DNA of 63,004 nt, the filler included, from Planctomycetota bacterium (GTDB lineage Bacteria; Planctomycetota; Planctomycetia; JALXBF01): NCBI GenBank assembly GCA_026991575.1. It is 2 parts of 2 records of this genome, joined end to end, with 100 filler letters (N's around TTAATTAATTAA, not from the genome) between each part and the next. Parts side by side here need not be neighbours in the genome. Positions count along the whole stretch, not along the records: positions 31,641 to 63,004 come from JALXBF010000002.1; 1 more part is not named here. One strand, written 5' to 3'. Made by a program: the position numbers and the translations under genes. The notes under the pieces were generated by a model. It was given only the letters and a program-made list of their open reading frames with translations. It searched no databases and was not told the DNA's origin. This document shows, piece by piece, positions 49,162 through 58,676 of this stretch. Each line of letters begins with the position of its first letter. Position 1 is the first letter of the stretch.

Positions 49162-49902
49162 TTACGCCCTCGTAATCCGACTGCTGCGGCAACTGACGAC
49201 CAGGTCCGCGTATCCGTCGTGGTTCGTGTCGATGCGGGCAGTCAGGTTCCGGACCGCTTCGCGTGACTGCCTCAAGAACTGCTCCGCCAGCGTGTCGAAC
49301 CGATCGCCCGCTTCGGTGATCTGTGCCTGGCAGATCAGGCTGAGCGCGTAGTAGACCGACGCGCGACGCACCGCCGGGTCAACCAAGAGCCCGCCACGTT
49401 CCAGGTACTCCTCGACCGCGGCGTAGCTGTCACCGGAGCGGGCCAGGATCTGCTCGTCCAGCCAGCGACGGGCCGCCAGCAGGATCTTGCTCAGGTCCTG
49501 CTGCCCGTAGCCCGTCAGCAGCATCGACTGCGCCCACGGCACCACGTCGTAGATGTCCTGCTCGGTGATGTAGGCGTCCGTGGGCAACCGGACGGCTGGC
49601 ACGTCGATGTAGAACGTCTGCCGGTCGACCTCCCCGCTGGTCTGGGTCACCTCGACGGCCGCTTCGTACTGGATACCCAGCTCGGGGGGGCGGAAGACGT
49701 ACTCGTAGACGCCGGTAGACTTACGCGGCACGGCTGTGCCGGCGGGCACCACCGTGGCGCCGGTGTCGGTCCGCCGGATACCCCAGGTGCTGGAGGAGTC
49801 GCGCAGCACCACGGACGTGGCGTCCGCCAGCACGCCGTCCACGTAGTTGTGCACGACGATCTTCCGCTTGCCGCGGTCGACCGTTACCCGCCACTCAGCC
49901 AT
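49162..49902 (-). CDS. Head-tail adaptor with N-terminal Ig-like domain
   Basis: Follows capsid gene; beta-rich N half (TGVYEYVF), then YITEQDI...AARRWLD helical adaptor. Confidence 0.6.
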   Translation of the reverse strand: MAEWRVTVDRGKRKIVVHNYVDGVLADATSVVLRDSSSTWGIRRTDTGATVVPAGTAVPRKSTGVYEYVFRPPELGIQYEAAVEVTQTSGEVDRQTFYIDVPAVRLPTDAYITEQDIYDVVPWAQSMLLTGYGQQDLSKILLAARRWLDEQILARSGDSYAAVEEYLERGGLLVDPAVRRASVYYALSLICQAQITEAGDRFDTLAEQFLRQSREAVRNLTARIDTNHDGYADLVVSCRSSRITRA

Positions 49903-49906
49903 CGGG

Positions 49907-50809
49907 CTACGTCGTCGTCGTATGGATCTTCACGCCCAGTGCATCCTGGGCCACCTTGACACCCCACAGGCTCTCGATCGTCACCCGGACGCCGCCGCGC
50001 CGCGAGTCGTAGCTGGTCGTGGCACGGATGGCGAAGTTGCCCCGCGAAACGGTGACACTCTTGGCACCAAGCCCATCGGGTGCATCTGGCAGGCGACGGC
50101 TCAACAAGATGATGGCATTGCGGTGGAATAGCAGGTTTGCGAAGGCATTACTGCCACCGACCGTCTCCGTCGGAACGAAACTCGATCGGAAGAAGTTCAG
50201 ACCGTAGCGTCGGTTGATGAGCCCTTCCTTGAGGGCCACGCCACCGTCGTCCACGGTGTGGGCCTGCATCAGGTTCCAAAGCTGCAGCAACTCTGCCTCT
50301 TGGTTCGGGTGGAGAACCACATGGACATTGCGATCCATGGGGCCCTTGTTCGTGATGTACGTCTTGCGGGCCTCCAGAATGAGGGACTCAGTGATGTTCG
50401 TTGTCGCGTCCCCCACAGCGTTGGTGAACGACGTGAACAGGTCCGCGAGACTGGACTCGATCTGCTGGGCAATAGCCTGGGCGGCCGGTTGGATGAACAG
50501 CTCTTCCAGGCTGTCCAGGCTCTTGGCACGCTCCGCGTCCTCGAACACGTAGCTCACGTAGTAGTGCTGGTCCAGCAGGACCGCCACGTCCGTGAGCTGA
50601 GCGTCCGTGTCGGTGTAGTCCGTTCCTACGGTCTTCGCGGCAGCGGTCGGCACGGTGGGTACGCGAGTGTGCACCGTATCGCCGTATTGAGCCACCGCAT
50701 CGTCGAAGTCACGGTTGACCAGGGCGCCCAGAACCAGTTCGTCGCCCAAGAAATCGAGTGTGCGCCCGGCCCACATTTCCGGAATGGCAGCGTCGATCAC
50801 GTTTGGCAT
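49907..50809 (-). CDS. Major capsid protein (HK97 fold, P22-coat-like)
   Basis: IPEMWA, LVNRDFD, GDTVH, G-x-I-x2-YGLNFF, FHRNAI, LWGVK. Confidence 0.9.
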   Translation of the reverse strand: MPNVIDAAIPEMWAGRTLDFLGDELVLGALVNRDFDDAVAQYGDTVHTRVPTVPTAAAKTVGTDYTDTDAQLTDVAVLLDQHYYVSYVFEDAERAKSLDSLEELFIQPAAQAIAQQIESSLADLFTSFTNAVGDATTNITESLILEARKTYITNKGPMDRNVHVVLHPNQEAELLQLWNLMQAHTVDDGGVALKEGLINRRYGLNFFRSSFVPTETVGGSNAFANLLFHRNAIILLSRRLPDAPDGLGAKSVTVSRGNFAIRATTSYDSRRGGVRVTIESLWGVKVAQDALGVKIHTTTT

Positions 50810-50856
50810 AGCACGTACCCCAAGCGCAGAAGGAGTGCGTTGCTACGCCCGCAGGT

Positions 50857-50897
50857 AGATGGGACGGCCAGCTCGAGATGGGACGGCCTGACGGCCT
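50857..50897 (-). repeat. 13-bp direct repeats in the capsid leader
   Basis: AGATGGGACGGCC (+ strand) at 50857 and 50876, partial GACGGCC at 50890. Confidence 0.7.
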
Positions 50898-50955
50898 CGG
50901 CCGCGACTGCGGCGACGCTGGCCTCGCGCTCCCCCCCGAGGAGAGCCTCTGCAGG

Positions 50956-51540
50956 CTACTCGTCCTTAATGCGGCCCTCCGCGATCGCCCGCCGAATGTC
51001 GCGCTCCAGCTCTTGGTCCCGCTCCTTCGGCGGCCGCGAGAAGAACTCGCGGAGGAAAGACCGCGTGTAGATCTGCTTTGTCGGCCCTTCGGTGGGCCTC
51101 CGCGGCTCCGGCCCCTGGCCGTTGGAGCCCGCGAACAGGTACGGCTTCTTCTCACGCAGCTCGCTCAGTGCCGACTTCAACTCGTCGTCACTCTCAGGGA
51201 GCTCGTCGAACTTCTCCGCGACGTATCGGACGATGTCGTCGACAGCCCCCTGGTGCGGTTTGAATTCCGCCGCGAGCTGCTCGATCCGGCGGCGCCGCTC
51301 GATGGCCTGGAGCTGTGACTTCAGCTCGTCACGCTCCCGGGCCGTCTCCTCCAGCTGCTTGCGGAGTTGCTCCAGCTCCTGCGGGTCGGTCTTCGACGAC
51401 TCAGCCTTGAGCTTTTCCAGCTCTTCGGCGACGCTGACGAGCTCTTCTTCGAGCTCCTTCTTTTGCTTCTTGAGCCGCCGGATGACCGCTTCGCGTTCCC
51501 GCAGCTGGTTTCTCAGCTCCGCTACCAGCTCCTCGCTCAT
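50956..51540 (-). CDS. Capsid scaffolding protein
   Basis: Long coiled coil, KPYLF motif, directly upstream of capsid gene. Confidence 0.85.
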   Translation of the reverse strand: MSEELVAELRNQLREREAVIRRLKKQKKELEEELVSVAEELEKLKAESSKTDPQELEQLRKQLEETARERDELKSQLQAIERRRRIEQLAAEFKPHQGAVDDIVRYVAEKFDELPESDDELKSALSELREKKPYLFAGSNGQGPEPRRPTEGPTKQIYTRSFLREFFSRPPKERDQELERDIRRAIAEGRIKDE

Positions 51541-51760
51541 CGAGCGTCTCCAACCGGACAGGCACCGCTTCCGCTGCGTCGCCGAACTGTGCTCTCACCA
51601 AACGTCGTGCTTCGGCGACAGCCCACTCGCCCGACGTGGCCTCCACGCTGTAGCAGTAGACATTGGGCTCTTCGTCGGGCTTGCGGACGCGGTGCAACCA
51701 CGCCAGGGTCTGCCCCGGCCCACACCGTACCCTCATCCAGACTCTATACCGATGGGTCAT
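51401..51760 (-). CDS. Hypothetical protein (3' end overlaps scaffold gene)
   Basis: ATGA-coupled to upstream gene; last ~45 codons overlap the scaffold gene. Confidence 0.5.
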   Translation of the reverse strand: MTHRYRVWMRVRCGPGQTLAWLHRVRKPDEEPNVYCYSVEATSGEWAVAEARRLVRAQFGDAAEAVPVRLETLDERGAGSGAEKPAAGTRSGHPAAQEAKEGARRRARQRRRRAGKAQG

Positions 51761-52131
51761 CGCTGTCGACGCGCAGAAGTGGCTGCTTGTTCGCGTTCCC
51801 GCTGCCGACGGAGGTAGTCCTCGGCCCAGGACACGACCAGCTCGACGATGTCCTTGCGGTCGGTGAGATTGCTGTGAACATCGTTCTTTGTGATTCCTAC
51901 CGTCGGTACCCCAGGTGAGTGAGCCGCTGGTGCCGCGGACACGATGCCCAATTCCCTCAGAATGGGCTTAGGGATAGAAGCAACTAACTTCGTCCCGGAG
52001 CGAAGTATGATGACCACGTACGGTTCAAGTTCGTCCTCTACGGCATACCAGTCGACGATGGGATCTTCCATGCTGGCTTCCTTGATGCGGTAGAACCTAA
52101 TCCCGTCTTTTTCGGCTACCACCTGGCTCAT
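51757..52131 (-). CDS. Hypothetical protein, candidate immunity protein
   Basis: ATGA-coupled to the MuF-effector gene; shares its AT-richer codon usage. Confidence 0.65.
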   Translation of the reverse strand: MSQVVAEKDGIRFYRIKEASMEDPIVDWYAVEDELEPYVVIILRSGTKLVASIPKPILRELGIVSAAPAAHSPGVPTVGITKNDVHSNLTDRKDIVELVVSWAEDYLRRQREREQAATSARRQR

Positions 52132-54860
52132 GGTTCGACACCTCGTTCCCTCAGCATTGTAACGACCGATCGCACCGTCTGGCCGGTCGTGACAGTGCCA
52201 GCGTACGTGCCGGCAACGCCATGCAGAAGCACGACAAGTTCGTTTTCATGTGGTGACAAGAAGCTCGAGAACTCGTTGTCCTCCCTGCCAACCCAGTACA
52301 CCATCCACACTCTGTTGAGTGGCACACGGTACAGGACAGCGTGATTGCCTCCAGGAGTGACTGCGTGCCGGATTGACGCAGACTCGTAGACAGCGTGCTT
52401 GGCAAGCAGGATACGATAACCGACTTCCAGAATCGTACCCTCCCCTGCAACAGGAGTGCCCTCCGGGCGCCGGATATCTGTGGCATTGCTCACAAGCATT
52501 TGAGGATCAGACCACGTTCTCACCACTAGCAGCGATCCACGTGACTTGACGCTGGAAGGCACTCGCTTGACGTTCAGGTTCCGTAGCGTCCACGCATGCT
52601 GTGCTGATATAGCTTCCTGAACAACTTCGTCGGGGACGTCAGCGGCGCTGGCAAGAAGCGCAACTGCACCCCCAGCGGCGTCCACTTGGTCGAGTACGAC
52701 CCTGGACTGTCCAGACCAGAAAAACGACTCTCGTTCATTCCCCAAGAAGGTCCTGAGAATGTCCCGAGCGGCTACGGTGTTCGGATGATCGGCGGTTATG
52801 CCATGGCCGGTACTCACCAATATCGGAACCTTGTACGCACGTGGGTGAATGCCGGCAAAGAACCGCTTGTACTCGTCAAACATCTCTTCGTGGTAGCTCT
52901 TCCCGCTGGGCGTCCGCGCCTTGCCGTCCGGCCCGATCTTCAGGCGCCTCGGTTGCCGCACCGCCGTGGCCCGCATGTAGTGCTTGCTGACGCTATCGAC
53001 GTAGGACTCCGTCCAGTTCAGCGAATCCCGCTCGAAGTCCCGGATCACGCGCACCGTGTCCGCCATGTTCCGTGCCCGGGCACGTAGCTTGGCCTTGAGA
53101 TCGGCCGGGAGCGGCAAACGCGTGAGCTTTCGTGGGTTGACCCGGCGTGCCAGCTTCGGGATTTCCCACACGCTGATCTGCCCGAAGACGCTGGCCGCCT
53201 GCGGGTTCGTGTTCTGATCCCGCAGTGTCCACAGTTCCATCACCTGCTCACCGAACTGGTCCCCCTTGGGTGCCCCCTGGGCCCGGTATCGCAGCGCGCC
53301 ACCTGCATCGATCCGATACACCTCGATCTTGCGGCGGCCCTTGCGGCCCGGCCCCACACGCACCAGGATGTTGTCGCGGGCCAGACCGATCACGTCCCAG
53401 TTCGCAAGCCACGCATCCACCGCGAACCCCTTGCGGATCTCGCGTAGCACGCGCTTTTGCTCGCCCTTCGAGAGCTGGTTCCAAATACCAGCCAGGGTAT
53501 CCACACGGCCACCCGGTTCGGGCTCGATGTACACCGAGAGTTTGACCGCCGAGCCGTCGGGCTGTGTGTACAGCCTGCTCGGTGGGACGCGGATGCCCAT
53601 GGCACGGTAGACCTCTTCGGCGTAGTACTCCTCGCGGACGTGGTCCCCACCCCTTTTGAGCACGTACTTTCGGCCCCACTGGTCCTCGACCAGCTGCGGG
53701 GACGTAGAGCCGGGTAGGGTCCGCAAGACGCGCAGGTTCGTCGGGTCATCGGGGAACTCCGGTGCGCCGGCTGGAGCGGGCGGCCGGGGCGGTGGTCCGG
53801 ATGGCGGGGGCAGCGCGAGTGCACGACGTGGCCCGGGCAGCGCCAGCGGCGGTCCGGCCACGCGATACCGCGGCCCACCGCCGGGGGATGCGGGCTGCAG
53901 GCTGACCAGCGGCTGGCCGGTGCGTGTGGCCCACCGGTTCAGTAGCTGCTCCAGCCACGCCACATCGCGGAGGTGCTTCTTGTAGATGTCGCCCTCCGCA
54001 GGCACCGGGTAGAACAGCCCGCGCTCCCCGTAGTGCAGTCTGCCCTTTTGCCAGTCCGGGTGGATGAGCTCCCAGTACTCCGGCGTGAAGATGCGACCGA
54101 TGAAGTCGCGGCTACCGTATCCCGGCTGCCCCCCCTTGCGGGGATTCGGCCCGGCAAACGCCGGGTGGATCAACCCGGGCGGATTGGCGCGTGTGATGTC
54201 CTCGACGTTGTGCTCGTCGACGATGCCGATGTGCAGGTAGAGCTTTGCCCTCACCTGCTTGCCGAATTCGGTGAGAGCCTGTGCGAAGAACTGGCCGATG
54301 GCCTCGGCGTACATGCGGGCCACGCGCTTCTCGCCGCGGATGGCCACCAGCTCGTCTTGCACTGCGGTGACCAGCTCTCCGAGCGATCTGGCCCGGTGCA
54401 GCGCGTCGGTGATGCGGGACGTGATGCGGTCAATGTGCCACGATTCGATATCCCGCACCACCCGGTCCAGCCACTGGCGGGCCGCTTGCGGAATGCTGAC
54501 CGGGGCACCGCCCCAGAAGCGGTCCGAGTAGTCACGCAGGTGGTCGAGTGCGATCTGCTCCGCAGAGCGGCGCATGAAGGGAATGACCTGCCGGACGACC
54601 ACGTCGCCCGCGGCTGTGAGCAGCCGGCGCACATCGGACTCCGCAAACCGGATTGCCCGGCGGGTAGCGGGGCTGTCGACTACGCGTTCGTCGTCGTCCA
54701 AGTCGACCTGGTAGCGCGAGACGAACTGATCGATGAGCTTTCGGATGCGGTTGTGGGCCGATTCGTAGACGGGCAGGATGGCAGCACGGACGTCCGAGAG
54801 CAGCTCAAGCTTCAGGCGCCCCTGGTCGGCGAACTGCAGGACGTCTCGCAGTTTGGCCAC
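52128..54860 (-). CDS. MuF-like minor head protein fused to a kinase-like domain and an ADP-ribosyltransferase-like domain
   Basis: Lies between portal and scaffold; LHYGERGLFYP (degenerate MuF HxxCRC); GSTSP...YVLK...EEY, DAWLANWDVIG...DNI, RIDAGG; C-terminal R...ESAS...ENE. Confidence 0.72.
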   Translation of the reverse strand: MAKLRDVLQFADQGRLKLELLSDVRAAILPVYESAHNRIRKLIDQFVSRYQVDLDDDERVVDSPATRRAIRFAESDVRRLLTAAGDVVVRQVIPFMRRSAEQIALDHLRDYSDRFWGGAPVSIPQAARQWLDRVVRDIESWHIDRITSRITDALHRARSLGELVTAVQDELVAIRGEKRVARMYAEAIGQFFAQALTEFGKQVRAKLYLHIGIVDEHNVEDITRANPPGLIHPAFAGPNPRKGGQPGYGSRDFIGRIFTPEYWELIHPDWQKGRLHYGERGLFYPVPAEGDIYKKHLRDVAWLEQLLNRWATRTGQPLVSLQPASPGGGPRYRVAGPPLALPGPRRALALPPPSGPPPRPPAPAGAPEFPDDPTNLRVLRTLPGSTSPQLVEDQWGRKYVLKRGGDHVREEYYAEEVYRAMGIRVPPSRLYTQPDGSAVKLSVYIEPEPGGRVDTLAGIWNQLSKGEQKRVLREIRKGFAVDAWLANWDVIGLARDNILVRVGPGRKGRRKIEVYRIDAGGALRYRAQGAPKGDQFGEQVMELWTLRDQNTNPQAASVFGQISVWEIPKLARRVNPRKLTRLPLPADLKAKLRARARNMADTVRVIRDFERDSLNWTESYVDSVSKHYMRATAVRQPRRLKIGPDGKARTPSGKSYHEEMFDEYKRFFAGIHPRAYKVPILVSTGHGITADHPNTVAARDILRTFLGNERESFFWSGQSRVVLDQVDAAGGAVALLASAADVPDEVVQEAISAQHAWTLRNLNVKRVPSSVKSRGSLLVVRTWSDPQMLVSNATDIRRPEGTPVAGEGTILEVGYRILLAKHAVYESASIRHAVTPGGNHAVLYRVPLNRVWMVYWVGREDNEFSSFLSPHENELVVLLHGVAGTYAGTVTTGQTVRSVVTMLRERGVEP

Positions 54861-54866
54861 TCTTCA

Positions 54867-56174
54867 TCACTCCGTCCCACCCAGCGGAGCCAGCTCAATG
54901 CGGTCTTGGCGGATCTCGGCCAGCCGTTCGCGTGCTTCGTCCTCCGTCACACCAGGGTGCAGCTCCATGTACACGTCCACGGGGCTGGTCAGACCGCGGT
55001 CCAGCTCCCACGTCTTGCGCTGCACCCACTCCGAGTCCTGGACGGGTAGCTGCGGGTCGAGCCACTGCAGTCGGATAGACATGTCGTCCGGGCGCTGCGG
55101 TGCCGGGAGGTTCTCGTGTGCTTCGAGCAGCACCGCGATCACCCAGGCCAGACGGCGTTCGTAGGCCTCGAAGAGCCGCCCCCTCAGTCGCCGCTCCATG
55201 ATGAGCGGCAGCTGCTCGGCGACGATCGATACGCCGCTTCGGGCGGCTGTCTGCTCCAGCCGGTAGACCGACAGCGGCACTCCGTGGCTGGCCAGCGTCT
55301 GGTTGAGCAGCCAGTCGACGTACCGCATGACCTGCTCGGTGGCCACGGACGGTGACAGCACGCTGATCTCGCCCGCTTCGTCCAGTTCGACAATCCGGCC
55401 CGGGCCGATCTCGACGGCGCCGGCGATCCCCTTCGCCACCCACTGCCCGTAGTGCTGGATGCTCAGCGCGTAGGCGTGGTCCGTGAGCAGCTGGTTGATG
55501 TGCCAGTTGAGCGGGCAGAGCGACGGACCCAGTCCGGGCGTCCAGAACGACGTGTGCGGGACAGTGTTGTGTGCGGCGACGAACGGGAGCGTGCGGTAGG
55601 GTACCTCGGTCTGCGAGACCAGCTCCCAGCGGTCCTGTCCGCGGCGGTACTCACGGATCGTGCCGTCCGCGTACTCCGGGCTCGACCAGATCTGCACCGT
55701 GTCGCGGTCAAGGATCGCCAGGTACTGCGGCTCCTCCGGCTGGCCGGGCACCGGCCACACCTCCACGACGTCGGCAGAGAGCAGCGTCAGGCGAATGCGG
55801 CCGTCCCGATACGACACCCCCAGGAGCGCTGCTCCATGCAGCCGCGTGTATCGATCCCACGCCACGAACGTGGGCCCACGCAGCCGTTGGTAGACCTCGG
55901 TGAGCCGCTCCGCCAGCCGTGTGTCTACGTCGGTCCATTCACGCAGCGGCTGTTCCCAGTACAGTCCGCTGAGCAGGTCGATGACGGGACGGGTGACGTT
56001 GAGCGTGACCTTCGGCTGACGGTCCCACTCATCCTTGGTCGTGCCCTCCCGGGGCCGGAGGAACTCGAGCAGAGCTCCCTCATACGTGCGACGGAACGCG
56101 ATCGCGTCGCGCATCCGCTCGGTCGGGTGCGCCCCAGCTGCGATCCACGCCCCGATCTCCGTCCAGTCGGCCAT
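54867..56174 (-). CDS. Portal protein (SPP1 gp6-like)
   Basis: YEG, LNVTRPVID, LPFV, SGVSI; 435 aa; follows terminase. Confidence 0.85.
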   Translation of the reverse strand: MADWTEIGAWIAAGAHPTERMRDAIAFRRTYEGALLEFLRPREGTTKDEWDRQPKVTLNVTRPVIDLLSGLYWEQPLREWTDVDTRLAERLTEVYQRLRGPTFVAWDRYTRLHGAALLGVSYRDGRIRLTLLSADVVEVWPVPGQPEEPQYLAILDRDTVQIWSSPEYADGTIREYRRGQDRWELVSQTEVPYRTLPFVAAHNTVPHTSFWTPGLGPSLCPLNWHINQLLTDHAYALSIQHYGQWVAKGIAGAVEIGPGRIVELDEAGEISVLSPSVATEQVMRYVDWLLNQTLASHGVPLSVYRLEQTAARSGVSIVAEQLPLIMERRLRGRLFEAYERRLAWVIAVLLEAHENLPAPQRPDDMSIRLQWLDPQLPVQDSEWVQRKTWELDRGLTSPVDVYMELHPGVTEDEARERLAEIRQDRIELAPLGGTE

Positions 56175-56183
56175 TCGTTACCC

Positions 56184-56849
56184 CTACACGATGCGATGTG
56201 GCCAGCGGTCCTCCCGGATCGGACCGCTGTAGCGCACTCGGCCGCTGCGCCGCCCGACGGCGAGCCATGCGGCGATGGATGCGGCCAGCACCAGGTCGTC
56301 GTGCTCGCCGTCTCGTGCAGCGTATGACTCGCGTGCCCCCCGAGTCGACGCGCGAAACGCGCGCATCTCACGGATCAGGACCTCGGCATGCTGGACGCCG
56401 CGCGCCAGTCGGATGGTGCCGCGCTGGAGGCCCGCGACCAGCGCGCCGATCAGGTCCTTCTTGGGCACGTTCCATCCGTGGGCGGTCCGTCGGGCCATCT
56501 CCCCGGCAGTGATGGTGATGGCGCACATGTTGACCCACGGCCAGAGGTGCCGGCGCTCCAGAAGCATGTCGACCACCGGACGACCGACGCCGGTGGCGTC
56601 GATGCCGAGCCGAATGCCCCCCATCATTTCGGCGCGGCGCAGCAGTGCGACGACATCTGCGACGATCTGCGTGTACGGTGTCTGCAACTCCCAGCGGCGC
56701 AGATAGCGGATGGCCCAGATCCTGCGGCCCCGGTCGTCCCGGTAGGTGCGCTGCATCAGGCACAGCGCGGTGTAGTCGGCAGCCTGGCCAAGGTCCAGCC
56801 CACCGACCCAGCAGTCGTCAGACCGGCTCCCACGCAGATACTTTCTCAT
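56184..56849 (-). CDS. Terminase large subunit, nuclease (RNase H-like) domain
   Basis: GLDLGQAADYTAL, IDATGVG, HDDLVLA. Confidence 0.9.
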   Translation of the reverse strand: MRKYLRGSRSDDCWVGGLDLGQAADYTALCLMQRTYRDDRGRRIWAIRYLRRWELQTPYTQIVADVVALLRRAEMMGGIRLGIDATGVGRPVVDMLLERRHLWPWVNMCAITITAGEMARRTAHGWNVPKKDLIGALVAGLQRGTIRLARGVQHAEVLIREMRAFRASTRGARESYAARDGEHDDLVLAASIAAWLAVGRRSGRVRYSGPIREDRWPHRIV

Positions 56850-57543
56850 CGGTGAACGCTGCCAGCATCTCGTCGGTGAACACTGCGCCTTCCAGATCCA
56901 GGAACTCGCACAGGTACTCCTGTGCGAACCACCGCTCGCCCATTTCCAGGCGCTCCTCTGCGAGGAATTTCGTGTCCATCCGGGGGCAGTCGTCGGCGGT
57001 CACGCGGATGCGCTGCCAGTGGTTGCCCCCCTCTGCCCATGCTCGGTAGAACCAGCCGCGCTTCCCGCGGGGGGTACTGATGGCGATCAATCGGCCCCCG
57101 GATACTGCGAGCATGGGACGGACGCTGTAGTACGTCTCGTCTGGCACCGCGGCAGCCTCATCGACGACGATCAGGTCCACGGCCGAGAACCCCCGGATCG
57201 TCTGCTCGCTGCCGGGCAGAGCGATGATGCGGCTCCCACCTGGCAATTCCATCCGCAGCACACTTTCGGCATCCGTGTCCACCGGGCGCCCTGCCGCGGC
57301 GTAGAAAGCCCGCACCTTCCGCATCAGCTCGGTACTCTGGCGCAGCGATGGCGCCACGAGCAACACCGTGGCACCGTCACGACGAAGAGCGGTGGACAGT
57401 GCCAGGGCTGCGGTAGCGGTGCTCTTGCCCGCCTGGCGGCAGGACAGCACCAGCACACGGTGGTGTGGTGTCTGTGCCAGCTCGGCCTGCCACGGGTCGG
57501 GCTCCATCCCGGCCGCGGCAAACAGGGCGCACGGGTCTAGCAT
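56818..57543 (-). CDS. Terminase large subunit, ATPase domain
   Basis: PDPWQ, RQAGKS (Walker A), IVVDEA (Walker B), ISTP, FAQEYLCEF; TGATG coupling to terS. Confidence 0.92.
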   Translation of the reverse strand: MLDPCALFAAAGMEPDPWQAELAQTPHHRVLVLSCRQAGKSTATAALALSTALRRDGATVLLVAPSLRQSTELMRKVRAFYAAAGRPVDTDAESVLRMELPGGSRIIALPGSEQTIRGFSAVDLIVVDEAAAVPDETYYSVRPMLAVSGGRLIAISTPRGKRGWFYRAWAEGGNHWQRIRVTADDCPRMDTKFLAEERLEMGERWFAQEYLCEFLDLEGAVFTDEMLAAFTDEKVSAWEPV

Positions 57544-58079
57544 CACGGCAAGTGTCCATGCTGCCGCAGCACGGTCAGCACTGCCTGGCGTGCCTCGGGG
57601 TAGGGTTCCAGTGCTGCTGCGATTTGTCTGGCGATGTGTAACCATTCCGGCTGGGTGTGGTCGCGGTACATCCTGTAGACCAACTCCAACACTTGGCGTG
57701 CTTCCCTGATGGCAATGCACATGTGGCCCGGCTGAGTGGCCGACTCAGCCAGTTGCAGGGCCTGCATCGCCTTCTGGTACAGCATCTCCAGCTCGGCGAC
57801 GATCCCGGCCAGGTTCCGACGCTCCTGCTCTGCGGCCGCCACGAGCATCCTTTGCCCCATGTGGCGGTCCCGGTGCCTGCGGAGCGTGGTTTCGCTGACG
57901 CCGTGAGCCCGGGCGGTTGCCCTGATGCTCTGCCCTTGTGCGATGGCGTGTTCGATGGCAGTCCTGTGCGGGTGAGTGCAGACCCGACAGCGTGGTTCTC
58001 TCGGCGGTGAGTTGCTTGGCGAGGCGGAGGACGACCGCTTCGATTTCCTGCTCCGCCTGCCTGATCGCTTCGTGCCCAT
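57543..58079 (-). CDS. Putative terminase small subunit
   Basis: CRVC-HP plus HTH (SIRATARAHGVSETTLRRH); directly upstream of terL. Confidence 0.7.
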   Translation of the reverse strand: MGTKRSGRRSRKSKRSSSASPSNSPPREPRCRVCTHPHRTAIEHAIAQGQSIRATARAHGVSETTLRRHRDRHMGQRMLVAAAEQERRNLAGIVAELEMLYQKAMQALQLAESATQPGHMCIAIREARQVLELVYRMYRDHTQPEWLHIARQIAAALEPYPEARQAVLTVLRQHGHLP

Positions 58080-58093
58080 CCAGGTCCAGCATC

Positions 58094-58459
58094 TCAGCCA
58101 CGGTTTTCAGGTGCGCCTTGATGAGCGCGCACGCTATGCTGCATGCCCTCTGTGGATCCACGGCGGTACCACCAGTTCTGCCGCTTTTCTATAGGCAGGC
58201 ATTGATGCACTCGCAGATCGTCAAGCACCCAGTAGCCGCAATACCGGCACTGCACTGGGTAACCATCCCCTCTCCTGCGTCTGGCGTCGATCAACAGTCT
58301 GTAGGCTTCACGGAGTCTCTCGAGCGACTCGCCTGCCTCCGCCAGCCACCGTCTGACCGTCGACGGCGACAGTCCCAGTGAGACGGCCGCGTCCCGCACG
58401 GTGGCGCCGGCCGCGAGCAGGTACACCACGTCCGGCAGGTAGTCACTCCGTTTTGCCAT
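58094..58459 (-). CDS. HTH protein with zinc ribbon
   Basis: TVRDAAVSLGLSPSTVRRW; CRYC...HQC. Confidence 0.65.
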   Translation of the reverse strand: MAKRSDYLPDVVYLLAAGATVRDAAVSLGLSPSTVRRWLAEAGESLERLREAYRLLIDARRRRGDGYPVQCRYCGYWVLDDLRVHQCLPIEKRQNWWYRRGSTEGMQHSVRAHQGAPENRG

Positions 58460-58676
58460 TGTTACCGAAGGCGTTGATGGCACCCAACTCGTGGGCCACC
58501 AGCCGGTTCACTTCACGGAGCTCACGCAGGGCCTCTGTGTTTTCCCGCATGTGCTCCTCCAGACGTGCCACCAACTTCTCCCAGCGATGTGACACGTACC
58601 ACATGAACCAGACCGCCACTGCCGCTGGGAAGCCGATGCTGCCCACCAGTTGTCCGATCGCCGTCAAGGTCTCCAT
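58443..58676 (-). CDS. Holin-like single-TM protein (YvrJ/BhlA-like)
   Basis: IGFPAAVAVWFMW then coiled coil ENTEAL; AAAGGAG RBS. Confidence 0.65.
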   Translation of the reverse strand: METLTAIGQLVGSIGFPAAVAVWFMWYVSHRWEKLVARLEEHMRENTEALRELREVNRLVAHELGAINAFGNNGKTE

